This document shows positions 1-13,099 of a stretch of 64,000 nucleotides of DNA, one piece after another. This stretch comes from Eledone cirrhosa (lineage: Eukaryota): positions 15,748,001 through 15,812,000 of the forward strand of contig OZ024742.1 of the NCBI GenBank assembly GCA_964016885.1, read 5' to 3'. Numbering within the stretch: position 1 is the first letter of the stretch; every line of letters begins with the position of its first letter. The position numbers and the translations under genes were made by a program. The notes under the pieces are model-generated. The model had not been told where the DNA came from. It saw only the letters and a list, made by a program, of their open reading frames with translations, and ran no database searches.

Positions 1-1229
1 TTTAAAGAATCTCAGAGTAAAGTGTGATTATTAAACAACCACAGAGAAAAGTGTGATTTTTAAAGAACCTCAGAGTAAAGTGTGATTGTTAAAGAATCTC
101 AGAGTAAAGGGTGATTATTAAAGAACCACAGAGTAAAGTGTGATTATTAAAGAACCTCAGAGCAAAGTGTGATTATTAAAGAACCTCAGAGTAAAGTGTG
201 ATTATTAAAGAATCTCAGAGTAAAGTGTGATTATTAAAGAACCTCAGAGTAAAGTGTGATTATTAAATAACCACAGAGTAAAGTGTGATTAATAAAGAAA
301 CACAGAGAAATGTGTGATTATTAACGAACCACAGAGTAAAGTGTGATTATTAAAGAACCACAGAGAAATGTGTGATTATTAAAGAACCTCAGAGTAAAGT
401 GTGATTATTAAAGAACCTCAGAGTAAAGTGTGATTATTAAAGAACCTCAGAGTAAAGTGTGATTATTAAAGAACCACAGAGTAAAGTGTGATTATTAAAG
501 AACCTCAGAGTAAAGTGTGATTATTAAAGAACCATACATAAATGTGAGATTACTAAAGAACCACAGAGTAAAGTGTGATTATTAAAGAACCTCAGAGTAA
601 AGTGTGATTATTAAAGAACCTCAGAGGAAAAGTGTGATTATTAAAGAACCTCAGAGTAAAGTGTGATTATTAAAGAACCCCAGAGCAAAGTGTGATTATT
701 AAAGAACCACAGAGTAAAGTGTGATTATTAAAGAACCTCAGAGTAAAGTGTGATTATTAAAGAACCACAGAGTAAAGTGTGATTATTAAAGAACCACAGA
801 GTAAAGTGTGATTATTAAAGAACCACAGAGTAAAGTGTAATTATTAAAGTACCACAGAGTACAGTGTAATTATTAAAGAATCTCAGTGTCATGTGTGATT
901 ATTAAAGAACCTCAGAGTAAAGTGTGATTATTAAAGAACCACAGAGTAAAGTGTTATTATTAAAGAACCACAGAGAAATGTGAGATTATTAAAGAACCTC
1001 AGAGTAAAGTGTGATTATTAAAGAACCTCAGAGTAAAGTGTGACTATTAAAGAACCACAGAGTAAAGTGTGATTATTAAAGAACCACAGAGTAAAGTGTG
1101 ATTATTAAAGAACCTCAGAGTAAAGTGTGATTATTAAAGAACCACGGAGTAAAGTGTTATTATTAAAGAACCACAGAGAAATGTGAGATTATTAAAGACC
1201 CACAGAGTAAAGGGTGATTATTAAAGAAC

Positions 1230-4200
1230 CTCAGAGCAAAGTGTGATTATTAAAGAACCTCAGAGTAATGTGTGATTATTAACGAACCTCAGAGTAAAGT
1301 GTGATTATTAAAGAACCACAGAGTAAAGTGTGATTATTAAAGAACCACAGAGTAAAGTGTGATTATTAAAGAACCACAGAGTAAAGTGTGATTATTAAAG
1401 AACCACAGAGTAAAGTGTGATTATTAAAGAACCTCAGAGGAAAAGTGTGATTATTAAAGAACCTCAGAGTAAAGTGTGATTATTAAAGAACCCCAGAGTA
1501 AAGTGTCATTATTAAGGAACCTCAGAGTAAAGTGTGATTATTAAAGAACCACAGAGTAAAGTGTGATTATTAAAGAACCACAGAGTAAAGTGTGATTATT
1601 AAAGAACCACAGAGTAAAGTGTGATTATTAAAGAACCTCAGAGTAAAGTGTGATTATTAAAGAACCACAGAGTAAAGTGTTATTATTAAAGAACCACAGA
1701 GTAAAGTGTGATTATTAAAGAACCTCAGAGTAAAGTGTGATTATTAAAGAACCACAGAGTAAAGTGTGATTATTAAAGAACCACAGAGTAAAGTGTGATT
1801 ATTAAAGTACCACAGAGTACAGTGTAATTATTAAAGAACCTCAGTGTCATGTGTGATTATTAAAGAACCTCAGAGTAAAGTGTGATTATTAAAGAACCAC
1901 AGAGTAAAGTGTTATTATTAAAGAACCACAGAGAAATGTGAGATTATTAAAGACCCTCAGAGTAAAGGGTGATTATTAAAGAACCTCAGAGCAAAGTGTG
2001 ATTATTAAAGAACCTCAGAGTAAAGTGTGATTATTAAAGAACCTCAGAGTAATGTGTGATTATTAAAGAATCACCGAGTAGAGTGTGATTATTAAAGAAC
2101 CTCAGAGTAAAGTGTTGATTATTAAAGAACCTCAGAGTAAAGTGTGATTATTAAAGAACCTCAGAGTAAAGTGTGACTATTAAAGAACCACAGAGTAAAG
2201 TGTGATTATTAAAGAACCTCAGAGTAAAGTGTGATTATTAAAGAACCTCAGAGGAAAAGTGTGATTATTAAAGAACCTCAGAGTAAAGTGTGATTATTAA
2301 AGAACCCCAGAGTAAAGTGTGATTATTAAGGAACCTCAGAGTAAAGTGTGATTATTAAAGAACCTAAGAGTAAAGTATGATTATTAAAGAACCACAGAGA
2401 AATGTGTGATTATTAAAGAACCACAGAGAAAAGTGTGATTATTAAAGAACCACAGAGAAATGTGTGATTATTAAAGAACCTCAGAGAAAAGTGTGATTAT
2501 TAAAGAACCACAGAGTAAAGTATGATTATTAAAGAACCACAGAGAAATGTGTGATTATTAAAGAACCACAGAGAAAAGTGTGATTATTAAAGAACCACAG
2601 AGTAAAGTGTGATTATTAAAGAACCTCAGAGAAAAGTGTAATTATAAAAGAACCTCAGTGTCATGTGTGATTATTAAAGAACCACAGAGTAAAGTGTGAT
2701 TATTAAAGAACCTCAGAGAAAAGTGTGATTATTAAAGAACCAAAGATTAAAGTGTGATTATTAAAGAACCACAGAGCAAAGTGTGATTATTAAAGAACCT
2801 CAGAGTAATGTGTGATTATTAACGAACCTCAGAGTAAAGTGTGATTATTAAAGAACCACAGAGTAAAGTGTGATTATTAAAGAACCACAGAGTAAAGTGT
2901 GATTATTAAAGAACCACAGAGTAAAGTGTGATTATTAAAGAACCACAGAGTAAAGTGTGATTATTAAAGAACCTCAGAGGAAAAGTGTGATTATTAAAGA
3001 ACCTCAGAGTAAAGTGTGATTATTAAAGAACCCCAGAGTAAAGTGTCATTATTAAGGAACCTCAGAGTAAAGTGTGATTATTAAAGAACCACAGAGTAAA
3101 GTGTGATTATTAAAGAACCACAGAGTAAAGTGTGATTATTAAAGAACCACAGAGTAAAGTGTGATTATTAAAGAACCTCAGAGTAAAGTGTGATTATTAA
3201 AGAACCACAGAGTAAAGTGTTATTATTAAAGAACCACAGAGTAAAGTGTGATTATTAAAGAACCTCAGAGTAAAGTGTGATTATTAAAGAACCACAGAGT
3301 AAAGTGTGATTATTAAAGAACCACAGAGTAAAGTGTGATTATTAAAGTACCACAGAGTACAGTGTAATTATTAAAGAACCTCAGTGTCATGTGTGATTAT
3401 TAAAGAACCTCAGAGTAAAGTGTGATTATTAAAGAACCACAGAGTAAAGTGTTATTATTAAAGAACCACAGAGAAATGTGAGATTATTAAAGACCCACAG
3501 AGTAAAGGGTGATTATTAAAGAACCTCAGAGCAAAGTGTGATTATTAAAGAACCTCAGAGTAAAGTGTGATTATTAAAGAACCTCAGAGTAATGTGTGAT
3601 TATTAAAGAACCACCGAGTAGAGTGTGATTATTAAAGAACCTCAGAGTAAAGTGTTGATTATTAAAGAACCTCAGAGTAAAGTGTGATTATTAAAGAACC
3701 TCAGAGTAAAGTGTGACTATTAAAGAACCACAGAGTAAAGTGTGATTATTAAAGAACCTCAGAGTAAAGTGTGATTATTAAAGAACCTCAGAGGAAAAGT
3801 GTGATTATTAAAGAACCTCAGAGTAAAGTGTGATTATTAAAGAACCCCAGAGTAAAGTGTGATTATTAAGGAACCTCAGAGTAAAGTGTGATTATTAAAG
3901 AACCTCAGAGTAAAGTATGATTATTAAAGAACCACAGAGAAATGTGTGATTATTAAAGAACCACAGAGAAAAGTGTGATTATTAAAGAACCACAGAGAAA
4001 TGTGTGATTATTAAAGAACCTCAGAGAAAAGTGTGATTATTAAAGAACCACAGAGTAAAGTATGATTATTAAAGAACCACAGAGAAATGTGTGATTATTA
4101 AAGAACCACAGAGAAAAGTGTGATTATTAAAGAACCACAGAGTAAATTGTGATTATTAAAGAACCTCAGAGAAAAGTGTAATTATAAAAGAACCTCAGTG

Positions 4201-4310
4201 TCATGTGTGATTATTAAAGAACCACAGAGTAAAGTGTGATTATTAAAGAACCTCAGAGAAAAGTGTGATTATTAAAGAACCAAAGATTAAAGTGTGATTA
4301 TTAAAGAACC
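1230..4310. repeat. Tandem duplication of a 1540-bp (53-monomer) SatA block
   Basis: Markers recur at +1540: AACGAACC 1281/2821, CACCGAGTAGAG ~2072/3612, CAAAGATTAA 2741/4281. 53x29 plus three 1-bp insertions equals 1540. Confidence 0.9.
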
Positions 4311-7300
4311 ACAGAGTACAGTGTGATTATTAAAGAACCTCAGAGTAAAGTGTGATTATTAAAGAACCTCAGAGTAAATTGTGATTATTAAAGAACCACA
4401 GAGAAAAGTGTGATTATTAAATAACCTCAGAGAAAAGTGTGATTATTAAAGAACCTCAGAGAAAAGTGTGATTATTAAAGAACCTCAGAGTAAAGTGTTA
4501 TTATTAAAGAACCTCAGAAAAAACTGTGATTATTAAAGAACCTCAGAGTAAAGTGTGATTATTAAAGAACCTCAGAGTAAAGTGTGATTTTTAAAGAATC
4601 TCAGAGTAAAGTGTGATTATTAAACAACCACAGAGAAAAGTGTGATTTTTAAAGAACCTCAGAGTAAAGTGTGATTGTTAAAGAATCTCAGAGTAAAGTG
4701 TGATTATTAAAGAACCTCAGAGAAAAGTGTAATTATTAAAGAACCTCAGTGTCATGTGTGATTATTAAAGAACCACAGAGTAAAGTGTGATTATTAAAGA
4801 ACCTCAGAGTAAAGTGTGATTATTAAAGAACCACGGAGTAAAGTGTTATTATTAAAGAACCACAGAGAAATGTGAGATTATTAAAGACCCACAGAGTAAA
4901 GGGTGATTATTAAAGAACCTCAGAGCAAAGTGTGATTATTAAAGAACCTCAGAGTAATGTGTGATTATTAACGAACCTCAGAGTAAAGTGTGATTATTAA
5001 AGAACCACAGAGTAAAGTGTGATTATTAAAGAACCTCAGAGTAAAGTGTTGATTATTAAAGAACCTCAGAGTAAAGTGTGACTATTAGAGAACCTCAGAG
5101 TAAAGTGTGATTATTAAAGAACCACAGAGTAAAGTGTGATTATTAAAGAACCACAGAGAAATGTGTGATTTTTAAAGAACCACAGAGTAAAGAGAGATTA
5201 TTAAAGAACCTCAGAGTAAAGTGTGATTATTAAAGAACCTCAGAGTAAAGTGTGATTATTAAAGAACCAGTGTCATGTGCGATTATTAAAGAACCACAGA
5301 GTAAAGTGTGATTATTAAAGAACCTCAGAGTAAAGTGTGATTATTAAAGAACCTCAGAGTAAAGTGTGATTAGTAAAGAACCTCAGAGTTACGTGTGATT
5401 ATTAAAGAAACTCAGGGTAAAGTGTGATTATTAAAGAACCTCAGAGGAAAAGTGTGATTATTAAAGAACCTCAGAGTAAAGTGTGATTATTAAAGAACCC
5501 CAGAGTAAAGTGTCATTATTAAGGAACCTCAGAGTAAAGTGTGATTATTAAAGAACCACAGAGTAAAGTGTGATTATTAAAGAACCACAGAGAAATGTGT
5601 GATTATTAAAGAACCACAGAGTAAAGTGTGATTATTAAAGAACCTCAGAGTTAAGTGTGATTATTAAAGAACCTCAGAGTAAAGTGTGATTATTAAAGAA
5701 CCATAGAGTACAGTGTGATTATTAAAGAACCTCAGAGTAAAGTGTGATTATTAAAGAACCTCAGAGTTAAGTGTGATTATTACAGAACCTCAGAGTAAAG
5801 TGTGATTATTAAAGAACCATAGAGTACAGTGTGATTATTAAAGAACCTCAGAGTAAAGAGTGATTATTAAAGAACCTCAGAGTAAAGTGTGATTATTAAA
5901 GAACCTCAGAGAAAAGTGTGATTATTAAAGAACTTCAGAAAAATGTGTGATTATTAACGAACCTCAGAGTAAAGTGTGATTATTAAAGAACCTCAGAGTA
6001 CAGTGTGATTATTAAAGAACTTCAGAGAAAAGTGTGATTATTAAAGAACTTCAGAGAAAAGTGTGATTATTAAAGAACCTCAGAGTTAAGTGTGATTATT
6101 AAAAAACCTCAGAGAAAAGTGTGATTATTAAAGAACCTCAGAGTAAAGTGTGATTATTAAAGAACCTCAGAGTAAAGTGTGATTATTAAAGAACCACAGA
6201 GAAATGTGTGATTATTAAAGAACCACAGAGTAAAGTGTGATTATTAAAGAACCTCAGAGTAAAGTGTGATTATTAAAGAACCTCAGAGTAAAGTGTTATA
6301 ATTAAAGTACCACAGAGTACAGTGTGATTATTAAAGAACCTCAGAGCAAAGTGTGATTATTAAAGAACCTCAGTGTCATGTGTGATTATTAAAGAACCAC
6401 AGAGTAAAGTGTGATTATTAAAGAACCTCAGAGCAAAGTGTGATTATTAAAGAACCTCAGTGTCATGTGTGATTATTAAAGAACCACAGAGTAAAGTGTG
6501 ATTATTAAAGAACCTCAGAGTAAAGTGTGATTATTAAAGAATCTCAGAGTAAAGTGTGATTATTAAAGAACCTCAGACTAAAGTGTGATTATTAAAGAAC
6601 CTCAGAGCAAAGTGTGATTATTAAAGAACCTCAGAGTAAAGTGTGATTATTAAAGAACCTCAGACTAAAGTGTGATTATTAAAGAACCTCAGAGCAAAGT
6701 GTGATTATTAAAGAACCTCAGAGTAAAGTGTGATTATTAAAGAACCACAGAGAAATGTGTGATTATTAACGAACCACAGAGTAAAGTGTGATTATTAAAG
6801 AACCTAAGAGTAAAGTGTGATTATTAAAGAACCACAGAGAAAAGTGTGATTATTAAAGAACCACAGAGTAAAGTGTGATTAATAAAGAACCACAGAGAAA
6901 ACTTTATTTATTTAAGAACTACAGAATAATGTGTGATTATTAAAGAACCTCAGAGTAAAGTGTGATTATTAAAGAACCTCAGTGTCATGTGTGATTATTA
7001 AAGAACCACAGAGCAAAGTTTGATTATTAAAGAACCTCAGAGTAAAGTGTGATTATTAAAGGACCACAGAGTAAAGTGCGATTATTAAAGAACCTCAGAG
7101 CAAAGTGTGATTATTAAAGAACCTCAGAGTTAAGTGTGATCATTAAAGAACCTCATAGTTAAGTGTGATTATTAAAGAACCTCAGAGTAAAGTGTGATTA
7201 TTAAAGAACCTCAGAGTTAAGTGTGATCATTAAAGAACCTCAGAGTTAAGTGTGATTATTAAAGGACCACAGAGTAAAGTGTGATTGTTAAAGAACCTCA

Positions 7301-7829
7301 GAGTAAAGTGTGATTATTAAATAACCACAGAGTAAAGTGTTATTATTAAAGAACCATAGAGAAATGTGAGATTATTAAAGAACCTCATAGTAAAGTGTGA
7401 TTATTAAAGAACCTCAGAGTAAAGTGTGATTATTAAAGAACCTCAGAGTAAAGTGTGATCATTAAAGAACCACAGAGTAAAGTGTGATTATTAAAGAACC
7501 TCAGAGTAATGTGTGATTATTAAAGAACCATACATAAATGTGAGATTACTAAAGAACCACAGAGTAAAGTGTGATTATTAAAGAACCTCAGAGTAAAGTG
7601 TGATTTTTAAAGAATCTCAGAGTAAAGTGTGATTATTAAACAACCACAGAGAAAAGTGTGATTATTAAAGAACCTCAGAGTAAAGTGTGATTGTTAAAGA
7701 ATCTCAGAGTAAAATGTGATTATTAAACAACCACAGAGAAAGGTGTGATTATTAAAGAACCTCAGAGCAAAGTGTGATTATTAAAGAACCTCAGAGTAAA
7801 GTGTGATTATTAAAGAACCTCAGAGTAAA

Positions 7830-10800
7830 GTGTGATTGTTAAAGAATCTCAGAGTAAAGGGTGATTATTAAAGAACCACAGAGTAAAGTGTGATTATTAA
7901 AGAACCTCAGAGCAAAGTGTGATTATTAAAGAACCTCAGAGTAAAGTGTGATTATTAAAGAACCTCAGAGTAAAGTGTGATTATTAAAGAACCTCAGAGT
8001 AAAGTGTGATTATTAAAGAACCTCAGAGTAAAGTGTGATTAATAAAGAAACACAGAGAAATGTGTGATTATTAACGAACCACAGAGTAAAGTGTGATTAT
8101 TAAAGAACCACAGAGTAAAGTGTGATTATTAAAGAACCTCAGAGTAAAGTGTGATTATTAAAGAACCTCAGAGTAAAGTGTGATTATTAAAGAACCACAG
8201 AGTAAAGTGTGATTATTAAAGAACCTCAGAGTAAAGTGTGATTATTAAAGAACCATACATAAATGTGAGATTACTAAAGAACCACAGAGTAAAGTGTGAT
8301 TATTAAAGAACCTCAGAGTAAAGTGTGATTATTAAAGAACCTCAGAGGAAAAGTGTGATTATTAAAGAACCTCAGAGTAAAGTGTGATTATTAAAGAACC
8401 CCAGAGTAAAGTGTGATTATTAAAGAACCACAGAGTAAAGTGTGATTATTAAAGAACCTCAGAGTAAAGTGTGATTATTAAAGAACCACAGAGTAAAGTG
8501 TGATTATTAAAGAACCACAGAGTAAAGTGTGATTATTAAAGAACCACAGAGTAAAGTGTAATTATTAAAGTACCACAGAGTACAGTGTAATTATTAAAGA
8601 ATCTCAGTGTCATGTGTGATTATTAAAGAACCTCAGAGTAAAGTGTGATTATTAAAGAACCACAGAGTAAAGTGTTATTATTAAAGAACCACAGAGAAAT
8701 GTGAGATTATTAAAGAACCTCAGAGTAAAGTGTGATTATTAAAGAACCTCAGAGTAAAGTGTGACTATTAAAGAACCACAGAGTAAAGTGTGATTATTAA
8801 AGAACCTCAGAGTAAAGTGTGATTATTAAAGAACCTCAGAGGAAAAGTGTGATTATTAAAGAACCTCAGAGTAAAGTGTTATTATTAAAGAACCCCAGAG
8901 TAAAGTGTGATTATTAAGGAACCTCAGAGTAAAGTGTGATTATTAAAGAACCTCAGAGTAAAGTATGATTATTAAAGAACCACAGAGAAATGTGTGATTA
9001 TTAAAGAACCACAGAGAAAAGTGTGATTATTAAAGAACCACAGAGAAATGTGTGATTATTAAAGAACCTCAGAGAAAAGTGTGATTATTAAAGAACCACA
9101 GAGTAAAGTATGATTATTAAAGAACCACAGAGAAATGTGTGATTATTAAAGAACCACAGAGAAAAGTGTGATTATTAAAGAACCACAGAGTAAAGTGTGA
9201 TTATTAAAGAACCTCAGAGAAAAGTGTAATTATTAAAGAACCTCAGTGTCATGTGTGATTATTAAAGAACCACAGAGTAAAGTGTGATTATTAAAGAACC
9301 TCAGAGAAAAGTGTGATTATTAAAGAACCAAAGAGTAAAGTGTGATTATTAAAGAACCACAGAGTACAGTGTGATTATTAAAGAACCTCAGAGTAAAGTG
9401 TGATTATTAAAGAACCTCAGAGTAAATTGTGATTATTAAAGAACCACAGAGAAAAGTGTGATTATTAAAGAACCTCAGAGAAAAGTGTGATTATTAAAGA
9501 ACCTCAGAGAAAAGTGTGATTATTAAAGAACCTCAGAGTAAAGTGTGATTATTAAAGAACCTCAGAGTAAAGTGTGATTTTTAAAGAATCTCAGAGTAAA
9601 GTGTGATTATTAAACAACCACAGAGAAAAGTGTGATTTTTAAAGAACCTCAGAGTAAAGTGTGATTGTTAAAGAATCTCAGAGTAAAGGGTGATTATTAA
9701 AGAACCACAGAGTAAAGTGTGATTATTAAAGAACCTCAGAGCAAAGTGTGATTATTAAAGAACCTCAGAGTAAAGTGTGATTATTAAAGAATCTCAGAGT
9801 AAAGTGTGATTATTAAAGAACCTCAGAGTAAAGTGTGATTATTAAATAACCACAGAGTAAAGTGTGATTAATAAAGAAACACAGAGAAATGTGTGATTAT
9901 TAACGAACCACAGAGTAAAGTGTGATTATTAAAGAACCACAGAGAAATGTGTGATTATTAAAGAACCTCAGAGTAAAGTGTGATTATTAAAGAACCTCAG
10001 AGTAAAGTGTGATTATTAAAGAACCTCAGAGTAAAGTGTGATTATTAAAGAACCACAGAGTAAAGTGTGATTATTAAAGAACCTCAGAGTAAAGTGTGAT
10101 TATTAAAGAACCATACATAAATGTGAGATTACTAAAGAACCACAGAGTAAAGTGTGATTATTAAAGAACCTCAGAGTAAAGTGTGATTATTAAAGAACCT
10201 CAGAGGAAAAGTGTGATTATTAAAGAACCTCAGAGTAAAGTGTGATTATTAAAGAACCCCAGAGCAAAGTGTGATTATTAAAGAACCACAGAGTAAAGTG
10301 TGATTATTAAAGAACCTCAGAGTAAAGTGTGATTATTAAAGAACCACAGAGTAAAGTGTGATTATTAAAGAACCACAGAGTAAAGTGTGATTATTAAAGA
10401 ACCACAGAGTAAAGTGTAATTATTAAAGTACCACAGAGTACAGTGTAATTATTAAAGAATCTCAGTGTCATGTGTGATTATTAAAGAACCTCAGAGTAAA
10501 GTGTGATTATTAAAGAACCACAGAGTAAAGTGTTATTATTAAAGAACCACAGAGAAATGTGAGATTATTAAAGAACCTCAGAGTAAAGTGTGATTATTAA
10601 AGAACCTCAGAGTAAAGTGTGACTATTAAAGAACCACAGAGTAAAGTGTGATTATTAAAGAACCTCAGAGTAAAGTGTGATTATTAAAGAACCTCAGAGG
10701 AAAAGTGTGATTATTAAAGAACCTCAGAGTAAAGTGTGATTATTAAAGAACCCCAGAGTAAAGTGTGATTATTAAGGAACCTCAGAGTAAATTGTGATTA

Positions 10801-11545
10801 TTAAAGAACCTCAGAGTAAAGTATGATTATTAAAGAACCACAGAGAAATGTGTGATTATTAAAGAACCACAGAGAAAAGTGTGATTATTAAAGAACCACA
10901 GAGAAATGTGTGATTATTAAAGAACCTCAGAGAAAAGTGTGATTATTAAAGAACCACAGAGTAAAGTATGATTATTAAAGAACCACAGAGAAATGTGTGA
11001 TTATTAAAGAACCACAGAGAAAAGTGTGATTATTAAAGAACCACAGAGTAAAGTGTGATTATTAAAGAACCTCAGAGAAAAGTGTAATTATTAAAGAACC
11101 TCAGTGTCATGTGTGATTATTAAAGAACCACAGAGTAAAGTGTGATTATTAAAGAACCTCAGAGAAAAGTGTGATTATTAAAGAACCAAAGAGTAAAGTG
11201 TGATTATTAAAGAACCACAGAGTACAGTGTGATTATTAAAGAGCCTCAGAGTAAAGTGTGATTATTAAAGAACCTCAGAGTAAATTGTGATTATTAAAGA
11301 ACCACAGAGAAAAGTGTGATTATTAAAGAACCTCAGAGAAAAGTGTGATTATTAAAGAACCTCAGAGAAAAGTGTGATTATTAAAGAACCTCAGAGTAAA
11401 GTGTGATTATTAAAGAACCTCAGAGTAAAGTGTGATTTTTAAAGAATCTCAGAGTAAAGTGTGATTATTAAACAACCACAGAGAAAAGTGTGATTTTTAA
11501 AGAACCTCAGAGTAAAGTGTGATTGTTAAAGAATCTCAGAGTAAA
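7830..11545. repeat. Tandem duplication of a ~1858-bp (64-monomer) SatA block
   Basis: CCATACAT 8253/10111, CCCCAGAG 8893/10751 and CCAAAGAG 9328/11186 all recur at +1858. AAAGGG at ~7859/9688 gives 1829, a one-monomer indel. Confidence 0.85.
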
Positions 11546-13099
11546 GTGTGATTATTAAAGAACCTCAGAGAAAAGTGTAATTATTAAAGAACCTCAGTGT
11601 CATGTGTGATTATTAAAGAACCACAGAGTAAAGTGTGATTATTAAAGAACCTCAGAGTAAAGTGTGATTGTTAAAGAATCTCAGAGTAAAGTGTGATTAT
11701 TAAAGAACCACAGAGTAAAGTGTGATTATTAAAGAACCTCAGAGCAAAGTGTGATTATTAAAGAACCTCAGAGCAAAGTGTGATTATTAAAGAACCTCAG
11801 AGTAAAGTGTGATTATTAGAGAAACACAGAGTAAAGTGTGATTATTAAAGAACCTCAGAGTAAAGTGTGATTATTAGAGAACCTCAGAGCAAAGTGTGAT
11901 TATTAAAGAACATCAGAGTAAAGTGTGATTATTAAAGGACCACAGAGTAAAGTGCGATTATTAAAGAACCTCAGAGCAAAGTGTGATTATTAAAGAACCT
12001 CAGTGTTAAGTGTGATCATTAAAGAACCTCATAGTTAAGTGTGATTATTAAAGAACCTCAGAGTAAAGTGTGATTATTAAAGAACCTCAGAGTTAAGTGT
12101 GATCATTAAAGAACCTCAGAGTTAAGTGTGATTATTAAAGGACCACAGAGTAAAGTGTGATTGTTAAAGAACCTCAGAGTAAAGTGTGATTATTAAATAA
12201 CCACAGAGTAAAGTGTTATTATTAAAGAACCATAGAGAAATGTGAGATTATTAAAGAACCACAGAGTAAAGTGTGATTATTAAAGAACCTCAGAGTAAAG
12301 TGTGATTATTAAAGAACCTCAAAGTAAAGTGTGACTATTAAAGAACCTCAGAGTAAAGTGTGATTAATAAAGAACCACAGAGAAATGTGTGATTATTAAC
12401 GAACCACAGAGTAAAGTGTGATTATTAAAGAACCACAGAGAAATGTGTGATTATTAAAGAACCTCAGAGTAAAGTGTGATTATTAAAGAACCTCAGAGTA
12501 AAGTGTGATTATTAAAGAACCTCAGAGTAAAGTGTGATTATTAAAGAACCACAGAGTAAAGTGTGATTATTAAAGAACCTCAGAGTAAAGTGTGATTATT
12601 AAAGAACCATACATAAATGTGAGATTACTAAAGAACCACAGAGTAAAGTGTGATTATTAAAGAACCTCAGAGTAAAGTGTGATTTTTAAAGAATCTCAGA
12701 GTAAAGTGTGATTATTAAACAACCACAGAGAAAAGTGTGATTATTAAAGAACCTCAGAGTAAAGTGTGATTGTTAAAGAATCTCAGAGTAAAATGTGATT
12801 ATTAAACAACCACAGAGAAAAGTGTGATTATTAAAGAACCTCAGAGCAAAGTGTGATTATTAAAGAACCTCAGAGTAAAGTGTGATTATTAAAGAACCTC
12901 AGAGTAAAGTGTGATTGTTAAAGAATCTCAGAGTAAAGTGTGATTATTAAAGAACCTCAGAGCAAAGTGTGATTATTAAAGAACCTCAGAGTAAAGTGTG
13001 ATTATTAAAGAACCTCAGAGTAAAGTGTGATTATTAAAGAACCATACATAAATGTGAGATTACTAAAGATCCACAGAGTAAAGTGTGATTATTAAAGAA

